DNA of 64,000 nucleotides from an uncultured Acidobacteriota bacterium (GTDB lineage: Bacteria > Acidobacteriota > Thermoanaerobaculia > UBA5066 > Gp7-AA6): assembly GCA_963764715.1 (NCBI GenBank), contig CAVXTP010000012.1, forward strand, positions 1-64,000. The letters are read 5' to 3'. Made by a program: the position numbers and the translations under genes. The notes under the pieces are model-generated. The model was not told where the DNA came from. It searched no databases and was given only the letters and a program-made list of their open reading frames with translations. This document shows, piece by piece, positions 18,328 through 27,839 of the stretch (positions within the stretch are counted from its first letter, which is position 1; each line of letters starts with the position of its first letter).

Positions 18328-21327
18328 ATGCAACGCCCGCCCGGTCCTCGTGTCATCGCTCTCGGGATTCTCGTGGCCTCCCTCTTTGCCGCGAGTGCAG
18401 TCGCCGCGTCACTGGCGCCGATGCAGGTGCCGTTCGTCGAGAACTGCGGCCAGTGGGACGCGCGGGTCGCCTTCGCGGCCGAGACGGGCTTCGGAACGGT
18501 TTTCGTGACGCGGGAAGGACAGCTCGTCTACTCGCTGGGCGACGAATCCTCTCTGGTCGAGACGGCGATCTCTGGAACGGCCGCGCCCCGGTCCGGACGG
18601 GCGTCGGTGACCCGCGTCAGCTACTTTCACGGCGACGATCGCGCTCGCTGGCAGACTGGTCTGCCGTCCTACGACGAGATCGGCCTCGGCGAGGTGTGGC
18701 CCGGAGTCACGGTCTCGCTCGTCGCGGGCCGCGGCAACGTCGAGAAGCTCTTCACGATTGCCCCGGGCGCGAGCGTCCGCAAAATCCGTCTGCGTCTCGA
18801 CGGCGCCGGCTCTCTCCGGATCGATACCGACGGCGCGCTCGTCGCGCGGACGTCCCGCGGCGACGTCCGGTTCTCGCCGCCCGTGGCCTACCAGGAGATC
18901 ACCGGCGCGCGCACCGCGGTCGCCGCGGCATACACGCGCCACGGCGCCCGATACGGATTCCGCCTGGGCCACTACGACCGCTCCCGTCCGGTCATCGTGG
19001 ATCCCCTGCTCCAGGCGACCTATCTCGGCGGCAGCGATCGCGACTTTGCGCACGTGCTCGCGATCCAGGGGACGAGCGGCGAGGTCATCGTGGCCGGCCT
19101 CGCGGCTTCGCCCGACTTCCCCGGCACCGCGGGCGGCGCCCAGCCGGGGTACGGCGGCTTTCCGACCGCGGGCGACGGCTTCGTGGCCCGGCTCGACCCG
19201 ACCCTTACGACTCTGCTCCAGGCGACCTATCTCGGCGGGGGCCTCAGCGACTCGATCTCCGCCCTCGCCGTCGACCCGGCGACCGGCGATGTCGTCGTCG
19301 CGGGCTCGACCTATTCGTCCAACTTCCCGGGCACGGCCGGCGGCGCGCAGCCGGCGCCGAGCCCGCAGGGCGACACTTTCGTCGCGCGGCTCAATTCATC
19401 CCTGACGAGCCTTCGTCAGGCGACTTACCTGGGCGGGAGCTACACCGAGTCGGCCATGGGTGTTGCGATTCACCCGTCGACCGGCGAGGTCGTCGTGGCG
19501 GGCAATACCGGCTCCGACGACTTTCCCGGGACCGCCGGCGGCGCGCAGCCCCTCTCGGCGGGAGGCGGCGACGTTTTCATTGCGCGTCTGCTGGGCGACC
19601 TGACCACTCTTCTCCAGGCGACTTATGTGGGGGGCAGCGCGTCCGAGTATCTCGAGGCGATGGCCGTTCACCCGACGAGCGGCGACATCCTCGTGACCGG
19701 TTCGACCGAGTCGATCGATCTCCCGGTCGCGGCCGGAGGCGCCCAGCCCGGCTATGGCGGCGGCGTCCGGGACGGCTTCGTCGCGCGTGTCGACTCCACT
19801 CTGACGGCGCTCCTTCAAGCGACGTACCTGGGGGGCACAGAGCTCGACATCCCCCGGGAACTGGCCATTGATCCGTCGACCGGCGACATTCTCGTCGCGG
19901 GATACACGGTATCGGTCGATTTTCCCGGGGTGGCCGGCGGCGCACAGCCTGTCTCGGGCGGCAGCGACGAAGGGTTCGTCAGCCGGCTCGACGCTTCGCT
20001 GACCACGCTTCGACAGTCGACCTACCTGGGCGGCGCCGACCGCGACCGGCCGAATGCGCTCACCGTTCATCCGGCGAGCGGCGAGGTCCTCGTCGTCGGT
20101 TGGACAGCCTCGACAAACTTCCCCGGAACGGACGGCGCCGCGCAGCCCGTCCACCGCGGGGGCAACGACGGCTTCGTGGCCCGGCTCGACCCCACGCTCG
20201 GCACCCTGCTGCGGGGGACGTTCGTCGGCGGCACCGGCGAGGACGAGGGCTGGGGCATCACCGTCAACCCCGCGAACGGTGAAGTTCTCGTCGCGGGTGA
20301 AACGGGTTCGACCGACTTCTTCGGAACGTCGGGCGGCGCCCAGCCGTCGAAAGCAGGCACTTTCACGGACGCATTCGTCGCCCGCCTGACGCCCGATCTG
20401 ACGGCGATCCTGTCACCGACGGGGATGGTGGTCGATTCGCAGCCCGACCCGGGCGACGGAGATTTCATGTTCGAGGCCGGAGAGGAAGTTCCGATTCTCC
20501 CCGTGTGGCAGAACCTTTCCGGTTCGCCGGAGGCTCCCGGCGGCCAGGCTTCGGACTTCACCAGCGCGACCGACGCGACCTACACGATCCACAGCGACAC
20601 CGTGTCCTACGGGGCGATCCCGCCCGGCGGAATGGCATTTCCGGGCACGCCCTACGTCCTGTCCGTCTCCCAGCCGACGGCCCGCCCCGTTCACTGGGAC
20701 GTGCGGTTCACCGAGACCCTGAACATCCCCACGGTCATCCCCCGTCGCTGGAAAATTCACGTCGGCGAGAGCTTCCTCGATGTCCCGCGGTCGAACATCT
20801 ACTACCCGTCGATCGAAACCGTCCTGCACAACGGGGTCTCCTCGGGCTGCGGGGCCGCCAACTACTGTCCCGCCGCCTCGACCACGCGCGACCAGATGGC
20901 CTCGTTCCTTCTCTTGACGAAGCACGGCTCCAGATACTCACCCCCTCCCTGCACGGGGATCTTCACCGACGTCCCCTGCGCCGCCATCGGACCCTCCCGA
21001 TGGATCGAGCAGCTCTTTCGCGAGGGCATCACGGCAGGCTGCGGAGTCGACATCTACTGTCCTTCGAGCCCGGTTACCCGGGAGCAGATGGCGGTGTTCC
21101 TCCTCAAGACCCTGCGCGGTGCGGATCACGTCCCGCCGGCCTGTTCCGGCCGGTTCAGCGACGTCGCCTGCCCGAGCCTCTTCGCGGACTGGATCGAGGA
21201 GCTCGCGGCGACCGGCATCACCGCGGGTTGCGGCAACGGGACCTACTGTCCCGACAATCCGATTACTCGCGGCCAGATGGCCGTGTTCCTCGTCAAGGCG
21301 TACGGGCTCCGTCTCTACGGGCCATAG
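18328..21327 (+). CDS. secreted SBBP beta-propeller repeat protein with C-terminal SLH-like repeats
   Basis: AAGGAG RBS, signal peptide, FVENCGQWD domain, about 7 LQATYLGG...DFPGTAGGAQP...DGFVARL repeats, three GITAGC...YCP...TRxQMAxFL units. Confidence 0.85.
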   Translation: MQRPPGPRVIALGILVASLFAASAVAASLAPMQVPFVENCGQWDARVAFAAETGFGTVFVTREGQLVYSLGDESSLVETAISGTAAPRSGRASVTRVSYFHGDDRARWQTGLPSYDEIGLGEVWPGVTVSLVAGRGNVEKLFTIAPGASVRKIRLRLDGAGSLRIDTDGALVARTSRGDVRFSPPVAYQEITGARTAVAAAYTRHGARYGFRLGHYDRSRPVIVDPLLQATYLGGSDRDFAHVLAIQGTSGEVIVAGLAASPDFPGTAGGAQPGYGGFPTAGDGFVARLDPTLTTLLQATYLGGGLSDSISALAVDPATGDVVVAGSTYSSNFPGTAGGAQPAPSPQGDTFVARLNSSLTSLRQATYLGGSYTESAMGVAIHPSTGEVVVAGNTGSDDFPGTAGGAQPLSAGGGDVFIARLLGDLTTLLQATYVGGSASEYLEAMAVHPTSGDILVTGSTESIDLPVAAGGAQPGYGGGVRDGFVARVDSTLTALLQATYLGGTELDIPRELAIDPSTGDILVAGYTVSVDFPGVAGGAQPVSGGSDEGFVSRLDASLTTLRQSTYLGGADRDRPNALTVHPASGEVLVVGWTASTNFPGTDGAAQPVHRGGNDGFVARLDPTLGTLLRGTFVGGTGEDEGWGITVNPANGEVLVAGETGSTDFFGTSGGAQPSKAGTFTDAFVARLTPDLTAILSPTGMVVDSQPDPGDGDFMFEAGEEVPILPVWQNLSGSPEAPGGQASDFTSATDATYTIHSDTVSYGAIPPGGMAFPGTPYVLSVSQPTARPVHWDVRFTETLNIPTVIPRRWKIHVGESFLDVPRSNIYYPSIETVLHNGVSSGCGAANYCPAASTTRDQMASFLLLTKHGSRYSPPPCTGIFTDVPCAAIGPSRWIEQLFREGITAGCGVDIYCPSSPVTREQMAVFLLKTLRGADHVPPACSGRFSDVACPSLFADWIEELAATGITAGCGNGTYCPDNPITRGQMAVFLVKAYGLRLYGP

Positions 21328-21346
21328 GGGCCGCAGGGCATCCAGG

Positions 21347-23002
21347 TCAGTTCGCCGCGACGGCGGGAGCCGCGAGGAACGCGCGCGCCTGCGCGAGCTC
21401 CGGACGGGGAGACTCCGGCGAGCACTGTGCGACGAGCGCGCGGTAATAGCCGGCCGCCGCGGCCCGGTCTCCCGCGGCCTCGGCCGCGCGCGCGGCGCCC
21501 GCGAGACCGTTGAATCGCGCCGGCGCCTCGCGGAGCGATGCGCGGTATTCGGCCAACGCTTCCGCCGGCTTGCCCGTCTCGAGGAGCATGTCGGCGAGAA
21601 GCTCGCGGGGCGGCAATATCGAGCCCGGCGTCACGGGATGCTTGCCCGACTTCTCGTCGAGCTCGGCGGCGGATCGCGCCATCGCGAGGGCCTCGTCCTT
21701 GCGGCCTTCCGCGAAGGCCAGCCAGGCCGCGGCGGCGAGCCGCATCGACTCGACCTGCATCGCCCAGTCGTACGGGCCGGCCACCGGCTTCTCGACGAGC
21801 GTCGCGTGGATCCGCTCGATCCGGCCGAGGGCCTCCCGCGCCTGCTCCTTCTGTCCGGACCGCGCCGCCCCGAGGGCCTTCGCGAACTGGGTGATCGCGG
21901 GCGCGTAGGCGAACCGGTCCCACGGCAGGTTCACCGACGGCGGCTCGAGCTGCGACGCGGCCTTCCAGTCCCGCCGCTCGAGCGTCCACCGGGCCGGGAC
22001 CGCCACGATCGCGTAGCCCGCCGCGAAGCTCCCCTCGTCGAACGTGCGCGCGCGCGCCGTCTCCTCGAGCACCGCCCGGGCCCTCGCTTCGTCGCCGACC
22101 TGCAGGTAGGCGTATTCGAGGTAGTCGAGCGCGTGCAGCGTGTCGAACGACACGGCGCCGGGATGCCGCTTCGCGACGAGCTGGCGGCCCGCCTCCGCGG
22201 ACGCGAGATTGGAATCGATCGACTCCTGCCAGAGGCCGAGCCGCGTGAAGATGTGCGACGGCATGTGGAGGGCGTGCGGCGAGGAGGGTGCGATCTTCGA
22301 GTATGCCCGCGCGGCCGGCAGCGCGTCCCGCGCCAGGGCCGGGTAGTCGAAGGAGTGGATCATGTAGTGCGCGATGCCGGGGTGCTCCGGCTCGAGCGGC
22401 AGGATGCGGTTGAGGATCGCCGCCGCCTTCTTCTGGTTGGCGAACGTCGGATCGACCGGCGGCGCCGACCCGAGGAGCGCGAGCGCGTAGAAGATCGCGG
22501 CCTCGTGGTCCTCCGGGAACCGGGCGGACACGCCTTCCATCGCCTCCGCGTAGGCCTTCGCTCGCGGGCCGTGCGGCGTCCTGTCGGAGTCCCGGTAGAA
22601 GACGCCGATCGCCGCGATGAACGCGGACTCGCGCTCGGTCCCGCCGCCGAGCTCGGCGGCCCGCGCCGCAGCCGCCCGTCCGGCCGCGAGGTCCTCGGAC
22701 CCCGGCGGCGCCCAGAGCGGGTGGTAATAGGTCATCGCCACGCCCCACTGGATGATCCCGCACCGGGGGTCGAGGCGAGCCGCTTCCTCGAAGGAACGGC
22801 GGGACTCTTCGTAGCCGAAGGAGTGGAGCTGCGCGACGGCGTGCGTGAAGACGGGCATCGCCTCCGCCCGGCACGACGCGTCGAACTTGACCTTGCCGAA
22901 GTTTTCCGCGTCTCCGTGAGCGTGCTGGTGCTGCTCCTGGGCGATCGCCGGGGAGAGCGCGACGGCGGCCCAGACTCCGATCGAGACGAGCGTTCTCTTC
23001 AT
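21347..23002 (-). CDS. secreted TPR-like helical protein
   Basis: signal peptide, LHSFGY, HPGIAHYMIHSFDYP, PHALHMPSHIF. Confidence 0.75.
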   Translation of the reverse strand: MKRTLVSIGVWAAVALSPAIAQEQHQHAHGDAENFGKVKFDASCRAEAMPVFTHAVAQLHSFGYEESRRSFEEAARLDPRCGIIQWGVAMTYYHPLWAPPGSEDLAAGRAAAARAAELGGGTERESAFIAAIGVFYRDSDRTPHGPRAKAYAEAMEGVSARFPEDHEAAIFYALALLGSAPPVDPTFANQKKAAAILNRILPLEPEHPGIAHYMIHSFDYPALARDALPAARAYSKIAPSSPHALHMPSHIFTRLGLWQESIDSNLASAEAGRQLVAKRHPGAVSFDTLHALDYLEYAYLQVGDEARARAVLEETARARTFDEGSFAAGYAIVAVPARWTLERRDWKAASQLEPPSVNLPWDRFAYAPAITQFAKALGAARSGQKEQAREALGRIERIHATLVEKPVAGPYDWAMQVESMRLAAAAWLAFAEGRKDEALAMARSAAELDEKSGKHPVTPGSILPPRELLADMLLETGKPAEALAEYRASLREAPARFNGLAGAARAAEAAGDRAAAAGYYRALVAQCSPESPRPELAQARAFLAAPAVAAN

Positions 23003-23196
23003 GACGTGCACAAGTCTAGAACCGGCGGCGCCACATTGCGCGGTCAGCCTGTCGTGATGCGGGGACACGCGCGGACGACCCGCGGGAGAGCGCCGCCTCC
23101 CTCAAGTCCCGTCTCACCAGAAGTTTGGCCCCGTGCGGCCGCGCGTCCTGCGCCGGGCACGCGCGTTGCGATGGGAGCGGCCCGGAGGCTGAACAT

Positions 23197-23577
23197 ATGG
23201 TGACCCGCTTCCGATCCCTCGCGTCCGCGTTCGCTCTCGCTTTCGCCGTCCTGTTCTTCGGTCCCTCGACGTCCCGGGTCGACGCCGAGCAGCACAGATA
23301 CTCGAAGCACGGTGGCGGGTACTCGAACCACCACGGCGGATACTCGAACCACGGCGGGGGCTACTCCCACCATGGCAAGTCCTACGGCAAGTACGGCCAT
23401 CGCGGCTCCTACTACGGTCATGGCGCCTACCGGCCGTCCTACGGTCCCTACCAGCCCTACGGCTCGTACTACGGCGGCTACCCCGGTTACTACGGCGGAT
23501 ACCCCGCGTACCGGGTCGTGCGAGTCTTCGTCGACTTCCCGTTCCCGCACTGGACCTACCGCCGCATCTACTGGTGA
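23197..23577 (+). CDS. secreted Gly/Tyr/His-rich low-complexity protein
   Basis: GGAGG RBS, signal peptide, GGYSNH/GGYSHH repeats, Tyr-Gly-Pro-rich tail. Confidence 0.75.
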   Translation: MVTRFRSLASAFALAFAVLFFGPSTSRVDAEQHRYSKHGGGYSNHHGGYSNHGGGYSHHGKSYGKYGHRGSYYGHGAYRPSYGPYQPYGSYYGGYPGYYGGYPAYRVVRVFVDFPFPHWTYRRIYW

Positions 23578-23589
23578 CGCCCGGCGTGC

Positions 23590-23658
23590 GGGGTCAGCCC
23601 TGAACTTCTGAAGTATGGTGTGAAGCGGCCGAAACTTCAGTTCTTCAGGGCTGACCCC
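23590..23658. repeat. GGGGTCAG-family inverted pair
   Basis: GGGGTCAGCCCTGAA...TTCAGGGCTGACCCC hairpin between convergent genes. Confidence 0.85.
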
Positions 23659-23660
23659 GG

Positions 23661-25154
23661 CTATTTCCTGGGTTTCTTTTTGCAGGCGGCCTGGAAGCCG
23701 AGCTCGCAGGCTTTCTTGTCGAGCTCGGCGGCGCGGGCCTTGTCCCGCGTCACGCCGTTGCCCTTCTCGTACGCGACCGCGAGATCGTGGCAGCCTTCGC
23801 CGTCGCCGCCGGCGCAGGCCTTCTCCAGGAACGAAGCAGCCCTCGCCGCGTCCGCGGCCACGCCCGAGCCGGCCGCGTAGATCGCGGCCGCGTTGAAGCA
23901 GCCGAAGGAGTCCCCGCGCTCGCAGCCGAGCTCGGAGAGCTCGCGCCCCCGGTCGAGGTCCTTCTCGATGCCATCTCCGGCGAGGTAGAGCGCGCCGAGG
24001 AGCGAGCAGGCGCGCGATCCGTTCTCGGCGGAGTGGATGTCGGCGGACACGGCCTTGCGGTCGCAGGCCTCGCGGAAAACCTCCGCGGCCTTGGCTTCGT
24101 CCTTCGCGACGCCGATGCCGTCCCGGTAGGCCCGGCCGACGTTGACGCAGCCGCCGAGGTTCGAGGGCTGGCAGGTCGAGCCGCGGCAGCCCCGCTCGTA
24201 GAGCGCGAAGGCGCGGGCCGGGTCCTTCTTGACCCCGCGGCCGCGCTCGTAGAGGAAGCCGAGGTTGGTGCACGCCGTGGAGCTGCCGAGCTCGCACGCC
24301 TCGGCGTAGCGGGCGGCCGCCGCGGCGGGGTCCGCGCGCGTTCCGCGGCCCTCGTCCGACATCAGCCCCGCGTTGTAGCAGCCCTGGGCGTCGCCGAGGT
24401 CGCACGACCGCACGTAGAACCGGGTCGCGCGCGCGTCGTCCTTCGCGACGTGCTTCCCGGTCGCGTAGAGAAAGCCGAGGTGCGCGCAGCCGGCGGCGCT
24501 TCCCAGATCGCACGCGTGCGTCGCCGCCGCCAGCGCTTCCCCGGCGTGCTCCGGGAGGTCCATCGCCTCGAGGGCCTGGTAGGCGCAGCCGTCGGCCGAC
24601 CCCGCCTTGCAGGCGGACGTGAACAGCTCGAGCGCGCGCCCCTGGCTCTCGACGCTGCCGCCGCTCCGCTTCCACTGCAGCCAGCCGTCCCGGAAGCAGG
24701 CGGCCGCGACGCCCTCCGCGCAGGCCTTGCCGTAGTAGGTCGCCTGATCGACCGGAACGAGCGTCGCCTCGACGGTCGAGCCCGCCCGCTTCAACACGAT
24801 CTTCACCGGCTCGCAGGAGCGGTTGTACGCCACGTCGGAAAAGTCGCAGTCGTTCTCGATGTCCTGGTCGCCGACCTTTTCGACGACGTCGCCGATCTGC
24901 AGGCCGGCCGCCGCTCCCGGCCCTCCGGCGAGCACGCCGCCGACGATCGCGCCCCGAAAGTCCGCCGGCAGTCCGAGCGTGCGCCGCATCTCCTCCGACG
25001 CCGGGACCGCTTCGATCCCGAGCGTCCCGGTGCACGGCGGGGCAGGCGGCGTCGGGGCGGCCGCGGGCTTGCCCGGCTGCGAGCTGCAGGCGGCGGCGAG
25101 CACGAGGGCGCCCAGGGCGGCCGCGGCGCGCATCCGGTGTCGTTGGCTCATCAT
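23661..25154 (-). CDS. PDZ + Cys-rich Sel1-like repeat lipoprotein
   Basis: lipobox LAAAC, PDZ GPGAAAGLQIGDVVEKVG, repeated ACxLG..GCxNLGxLY..GxGV.KD units. Confidence 0.85.
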   Translation of the reverse strand: MMSQRHRMRAAAALGALVLAAACSSQPGKPAAAPTPPAPPCTGTLGIEAVPASEEMRRTLGLPADFRGAIVGGVLAGGPGAAAGLQIGDVVEKVGDQDIENDCDFSDVAYNRSCEPVKIVLKRAGSTVEATLVPVDQATYYGKACAEGVAAACFRDGWLQWKRSGGSVESQGRALELFTSACKAGSADGCAYQALEAMDLPEHAGEALAAATHACDLGSAAGCAHLGFLYATGKHVAKDDARATRFYVRSCDLGDAQGCYNAGLMSDEGRGTRADPAAAAARYAEACELGSSTACTNLGFLYERGRGVKKDPARAFALYERGCRGSTCQPSNLGGCVNVGRAYRDGIGVAKDEAKAAEVFREACDRKAVSADIHSAENGSRACSLLGALYLAGDGIEKDLDRGRELSELGCERGDSFGCFNAAAIYAAGSGVAADAARAASFLEKACAGGDGEGCHDLAVAYEKGNGVTRDKARAAELDKKACELGFQAACKKKPRK

Positions 25155-25175
25155 GAGGCGGCGCCCATCCTATCC

Positions 25176-25202
25176 GGGGTCAGCCCTGAACTTCTGAACT
25201 TT
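25176..25202 (+). repeat. GGGGTCAG-family repeat, single copy
   Basis: GGGGTCAGCCCTGAACTTCTGAACTTT, near-identical to 23590. Confidence 0.85.
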
Positions 25203-25348
25203 GCGCGCTCAGTCGCTGCGGACGACCTTCCCGCGCGGCGCGGGAGTCCAGATGCGGGAGCCCCCTCACACCGCCCCTCCCACTGCCCCTCCCCCGCCGG
25301 GAGAGGCGTCGAGCGCTTCGGCCTGACGAGACGCGGAGAGCGGAGCGC

Positions 25349-25765
25349 CTAGGCGCTCACGATCGCGAGGATGTTCCCGTCCGGGTCCTTGAACCAGGCG
25401 GCCTTCATGTCGCCGTCCACGTGGACGTCGCCGCGCAGCTCCATGTTCAGGAAGTCGTAGTGCTCGAACGACACGCCGCGCTCCTTGAGCTTCCCGGCGA
25501 GCCCCTCGACGTCCTCGACCACCCACGTCACCGCCGTCGCCCGGTTCGTTCCCGCCGACGGCGAGACGTAGACGAAGAACCGGGAATCGCCGCTCATGTA
25601 CGTGTCCACGACGTCGTCCCGCGAGTCTGCCAGATCGAAACCCAGCGTCTCCTGGTAGAACCTCCGCGCCGCTTCCAGGTCCCGTACGGCGAGCGTCGCC
25701 ACCGCCTCGCTCGCGCCCAGGACCGGGCCCTCCGCCTTTTCGATCACGCTCGTTTCCGTGGCCAT
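25349..25765 (-). CDS. VOC/glyoxalase family protein
   Basis: VRDLEAARRFYQETLG...AAWFKDPDGNIL; GGAGG RBS. Confidence 0.9.
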   Translation of the reverse strand: MATETSVIEKAEGPVLGASEAVATLAVRDLEAARRFYQETLGFDLADSRDDVVDTYMSGDSRFFVYVSPSAGTNRATAVTWVVEDVEGLAGKLKERGVSFEHYDFLNMELRGDVHVDGDMKAAWFKDPDGNILAIVSA

Positions 25766-25853
25766 GAATACCTCCAGAGAACCCGCATGCAAATCCCCGT
25801 CCAGCCGCTCCCGCCGCCCCGACGCGTTAGGCTAGGCGCCGCAGGAGGCCAGC

Positions 25854-27758
25854 ATGCGCTCCAGGCTCAAAACGGTCCTCGTTTCCGCGGTCGGCGCCCT
25901 CGCGGCCGCCGCGGCCTCGCTCGGGCAGGCCGACGATCTCGAGCGCTCCGTCGCGCTCATGGCGAAGATCGGGAGCGCCACGTCCCCGTCGTTCTCGCCC
26001 GACGGCCGGACGATCGCCTGCGTCACGAACCTCGGCGGGCTTCCCCAGGTCTGGACCGTCGACGCCGCGGGCGGCTATCCGCAGCTCGTCACCGCCTTCG
26101 ACGATCCGGTCGGCTTCGTCCAATGGTCGCCCGACGGCGTCTGGCTCGCCTTCACCGTGGCGCCGGGCGGCGGGATGAACGAGCAGGTCTACCTCGTGCG
26201 GCCCGACGGCACCGGGTTGAAGCGCCTGACGGAGGGCGGCAAGGAAACCAATCGGCTCGGCCCGTGGTCCTACGACGGAACGCTCCTGGCGCTCGGCTCG
26301 AATCGCCGGAGCGGGGCGGCGATCGATTCGTACGTCTACGACGTGGCCTCCGGCGCCTCGCGCCTGGTGACGGAGAACCGCGGGATCGGCGCCTACGAGG
26401 ACATCTCGCGCGACAAGAAGCTCGCCCTCCTGAATCGCCTCGTCAACCGCGGCGACAACGACTTGTATCTCGTCGACCTCGCGAGCGGCCGCGAGACCCT
26501 CCTGACCCCGCACGAGGGCCCCGGCAACTTCTCGGGGGCCTTCGGCAAGGACGGCCGCGCCGTGTACGTCGAGACGGACGTCGGGCGCGACCGCACCGCC
26601 TTCGCGCGCATCGACGTTTCGTCCGGACGGCCCGGCCGGACGACCGTCCTCGCCGAGCGGCCCGACGCCGAGATCTCGAGCTTCGCGCTCGACGACGCCG
26701 GAACGACGGCGGCGATCCTCTGGAACGTCTCGGGCCGGAGCGACCTCGAGCTCCTCGATCTCGAGACCGGCCGATCCGTCCTGCGTCCCAAGCTCCCCGC
26801 CGAGCTCGCCGGCGGTCTCGAGTTCTCGCGCGACGGCAGGATGCTCGCGCTCGTCGTCTCGGGCGCGGCGACGCCCGCCGACATCTGGATCATGGACGTG
26901 GGCACGGGCGCCTTCCGTCAGCTCACGAAGAGCCCGCACGCCGGCGTCGACCTCGCGAAGCTGGTCCGCCCCGAGCTCGTCCGTTTCAAGGCCCACGACG
27001 GGCTCGATCTCTCGGGCTGGCTCTACAAGCCGGCGGCCGGGGCCGCGCCCTACCCCACGGTGCTGTCGTTTCACGGCGGCCCCGAGGGCCAGGAGCGGCC
27101 CAACTTCAGCAGCCTCTACCAGTCGCTCCTCTCGCGCGGCATCGCGGTCTTCGCGCCGAACGTCCGCGGCTCCTCCGGCTTCGGAAAGCGCTTCGTGAAC
27201 CTCGACAACGGCGCGCAGCGGGTCGAGGGCGTGCGCGACATCAAGGACTGCGTCGACGCCGTCGTGAAGACCGGCGTCGCCGACCCGGCGCGGATCGGGA
27301 TCCTGGGCGGCTCCTACGGCGGCTACATGGTGATGGCGGGCCTGACGGAGTACCCGAACCTCTTCGCCGCGGGGGCCGACCTCTTCGGCGTCGTCAACTT
27401 CGAGACCTTCTTCAAGCAGACCGAGCCCTGGATGGCGGCGATCTCGAAGATCGAGTACGGCGACCCGGACACGCAGGTCGAGCTGCTGCGCCGCCTCTCC
27501 CCCATCCACAAGGTCGACCGCGTGACGGCGCCGACGATCGTCCTCCACGGCGCCAACGACACGAACGTCCCCGTCGTCGAAGCGGAACAGGTCGTCGAGA
27601 GCCTCAAGAAGCGCGGCGTCCCGGTGGAGTACGTCCTCTTCCCCGACGAGGGACACGGCTGGCGGAAGACCGCCAACCGCATCCGCTCGACGGTCGCCGT
27701 GACCCGCTGGTTCGAGAAGTACCTGAAGGCCTCACCGACCTCCGCGCCCCCGTCGTAG
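25854..27758 (+). CDS. S9 family (prolyl oligopeptidase-like) peptidase
   Basis: signal peptide, propeller SPDG repeats, HGGPE, GGSYGG, HGANDTNVP, DEGHG. Confidence 0.92.
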   Translation: MRSRLKTVLVSAVGALAAAAASLGQADDLERSVALMAKIGSATSPSFSPDGRTIACVTNLGGLPQVWTVDAAGGYPQLVTAFDDPVGFVQWSPDGVWLAFTVAPGGGMNEQVYLVRPDGTGLKRLTEGGKETNRLGPWSYDGTLLALGSNRRSGAAIDSYVYDVASGASRLVTENRGIGAYEDISRDKKLALLNRLVNRGDNDLYLVDLASGRETLLTPHEGPGNFSGAFGKDGRAVYVETDVGRDRTAFARIDVSSGRPGRTTVLAERPDAEISSFALDDAGTTAAILWNVSGRSDLELLDLETGRSVLRPKLPAELAGGLEFSRDGRMLALVVSGAATPADIWIMDVGTGAFRQLTKSPHAGVDLAKLVRPELVRFKAHDGLDLSGWLYKPAAGAAPYPTVLSFHGGPEGQERPNFSSLYQSLLSRGIAVFAPNVRGSSGFGKRFVNLDNGAQRVEGVRDIKDCVDAVVKTGVADPARIGILGGSYGGYMVMAGLTEYPNLFAAGADLFGVVNFETFFKQTEPWMAAISKIEYGDPDTQVELLRRLSPIHKVDRVTAPTIVLHGANDTNVPVVEAEQVVESLKKRGVPVEYVLFPDEGHGWRKTANRIRSTVAVTRWFEKYLKASPTSAPPS

Positions 27759-27839
27759 GGGCGGCCCTCGCGGCCGCCCTGCCTGCCCGATCCGCGGGCC
27801 CCGATTTGTGGGGAGGGCCGGGGCAAGCCCCGCCCCTAC
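27755..27839. repeat. GTAG-type REP doublet
   Basis: GTAGGGGCGGCCCTCGCGGCCGCCC ... GGGCCGGGGCAAGCCCCGCCCCTAC. Confidence 0.85.

Noticed and set aside
19000-20400. Roughly 190-bp periodic DNA repeats
   Set aside because: Explained by in-frame SBBP propeller repeats of the CDS
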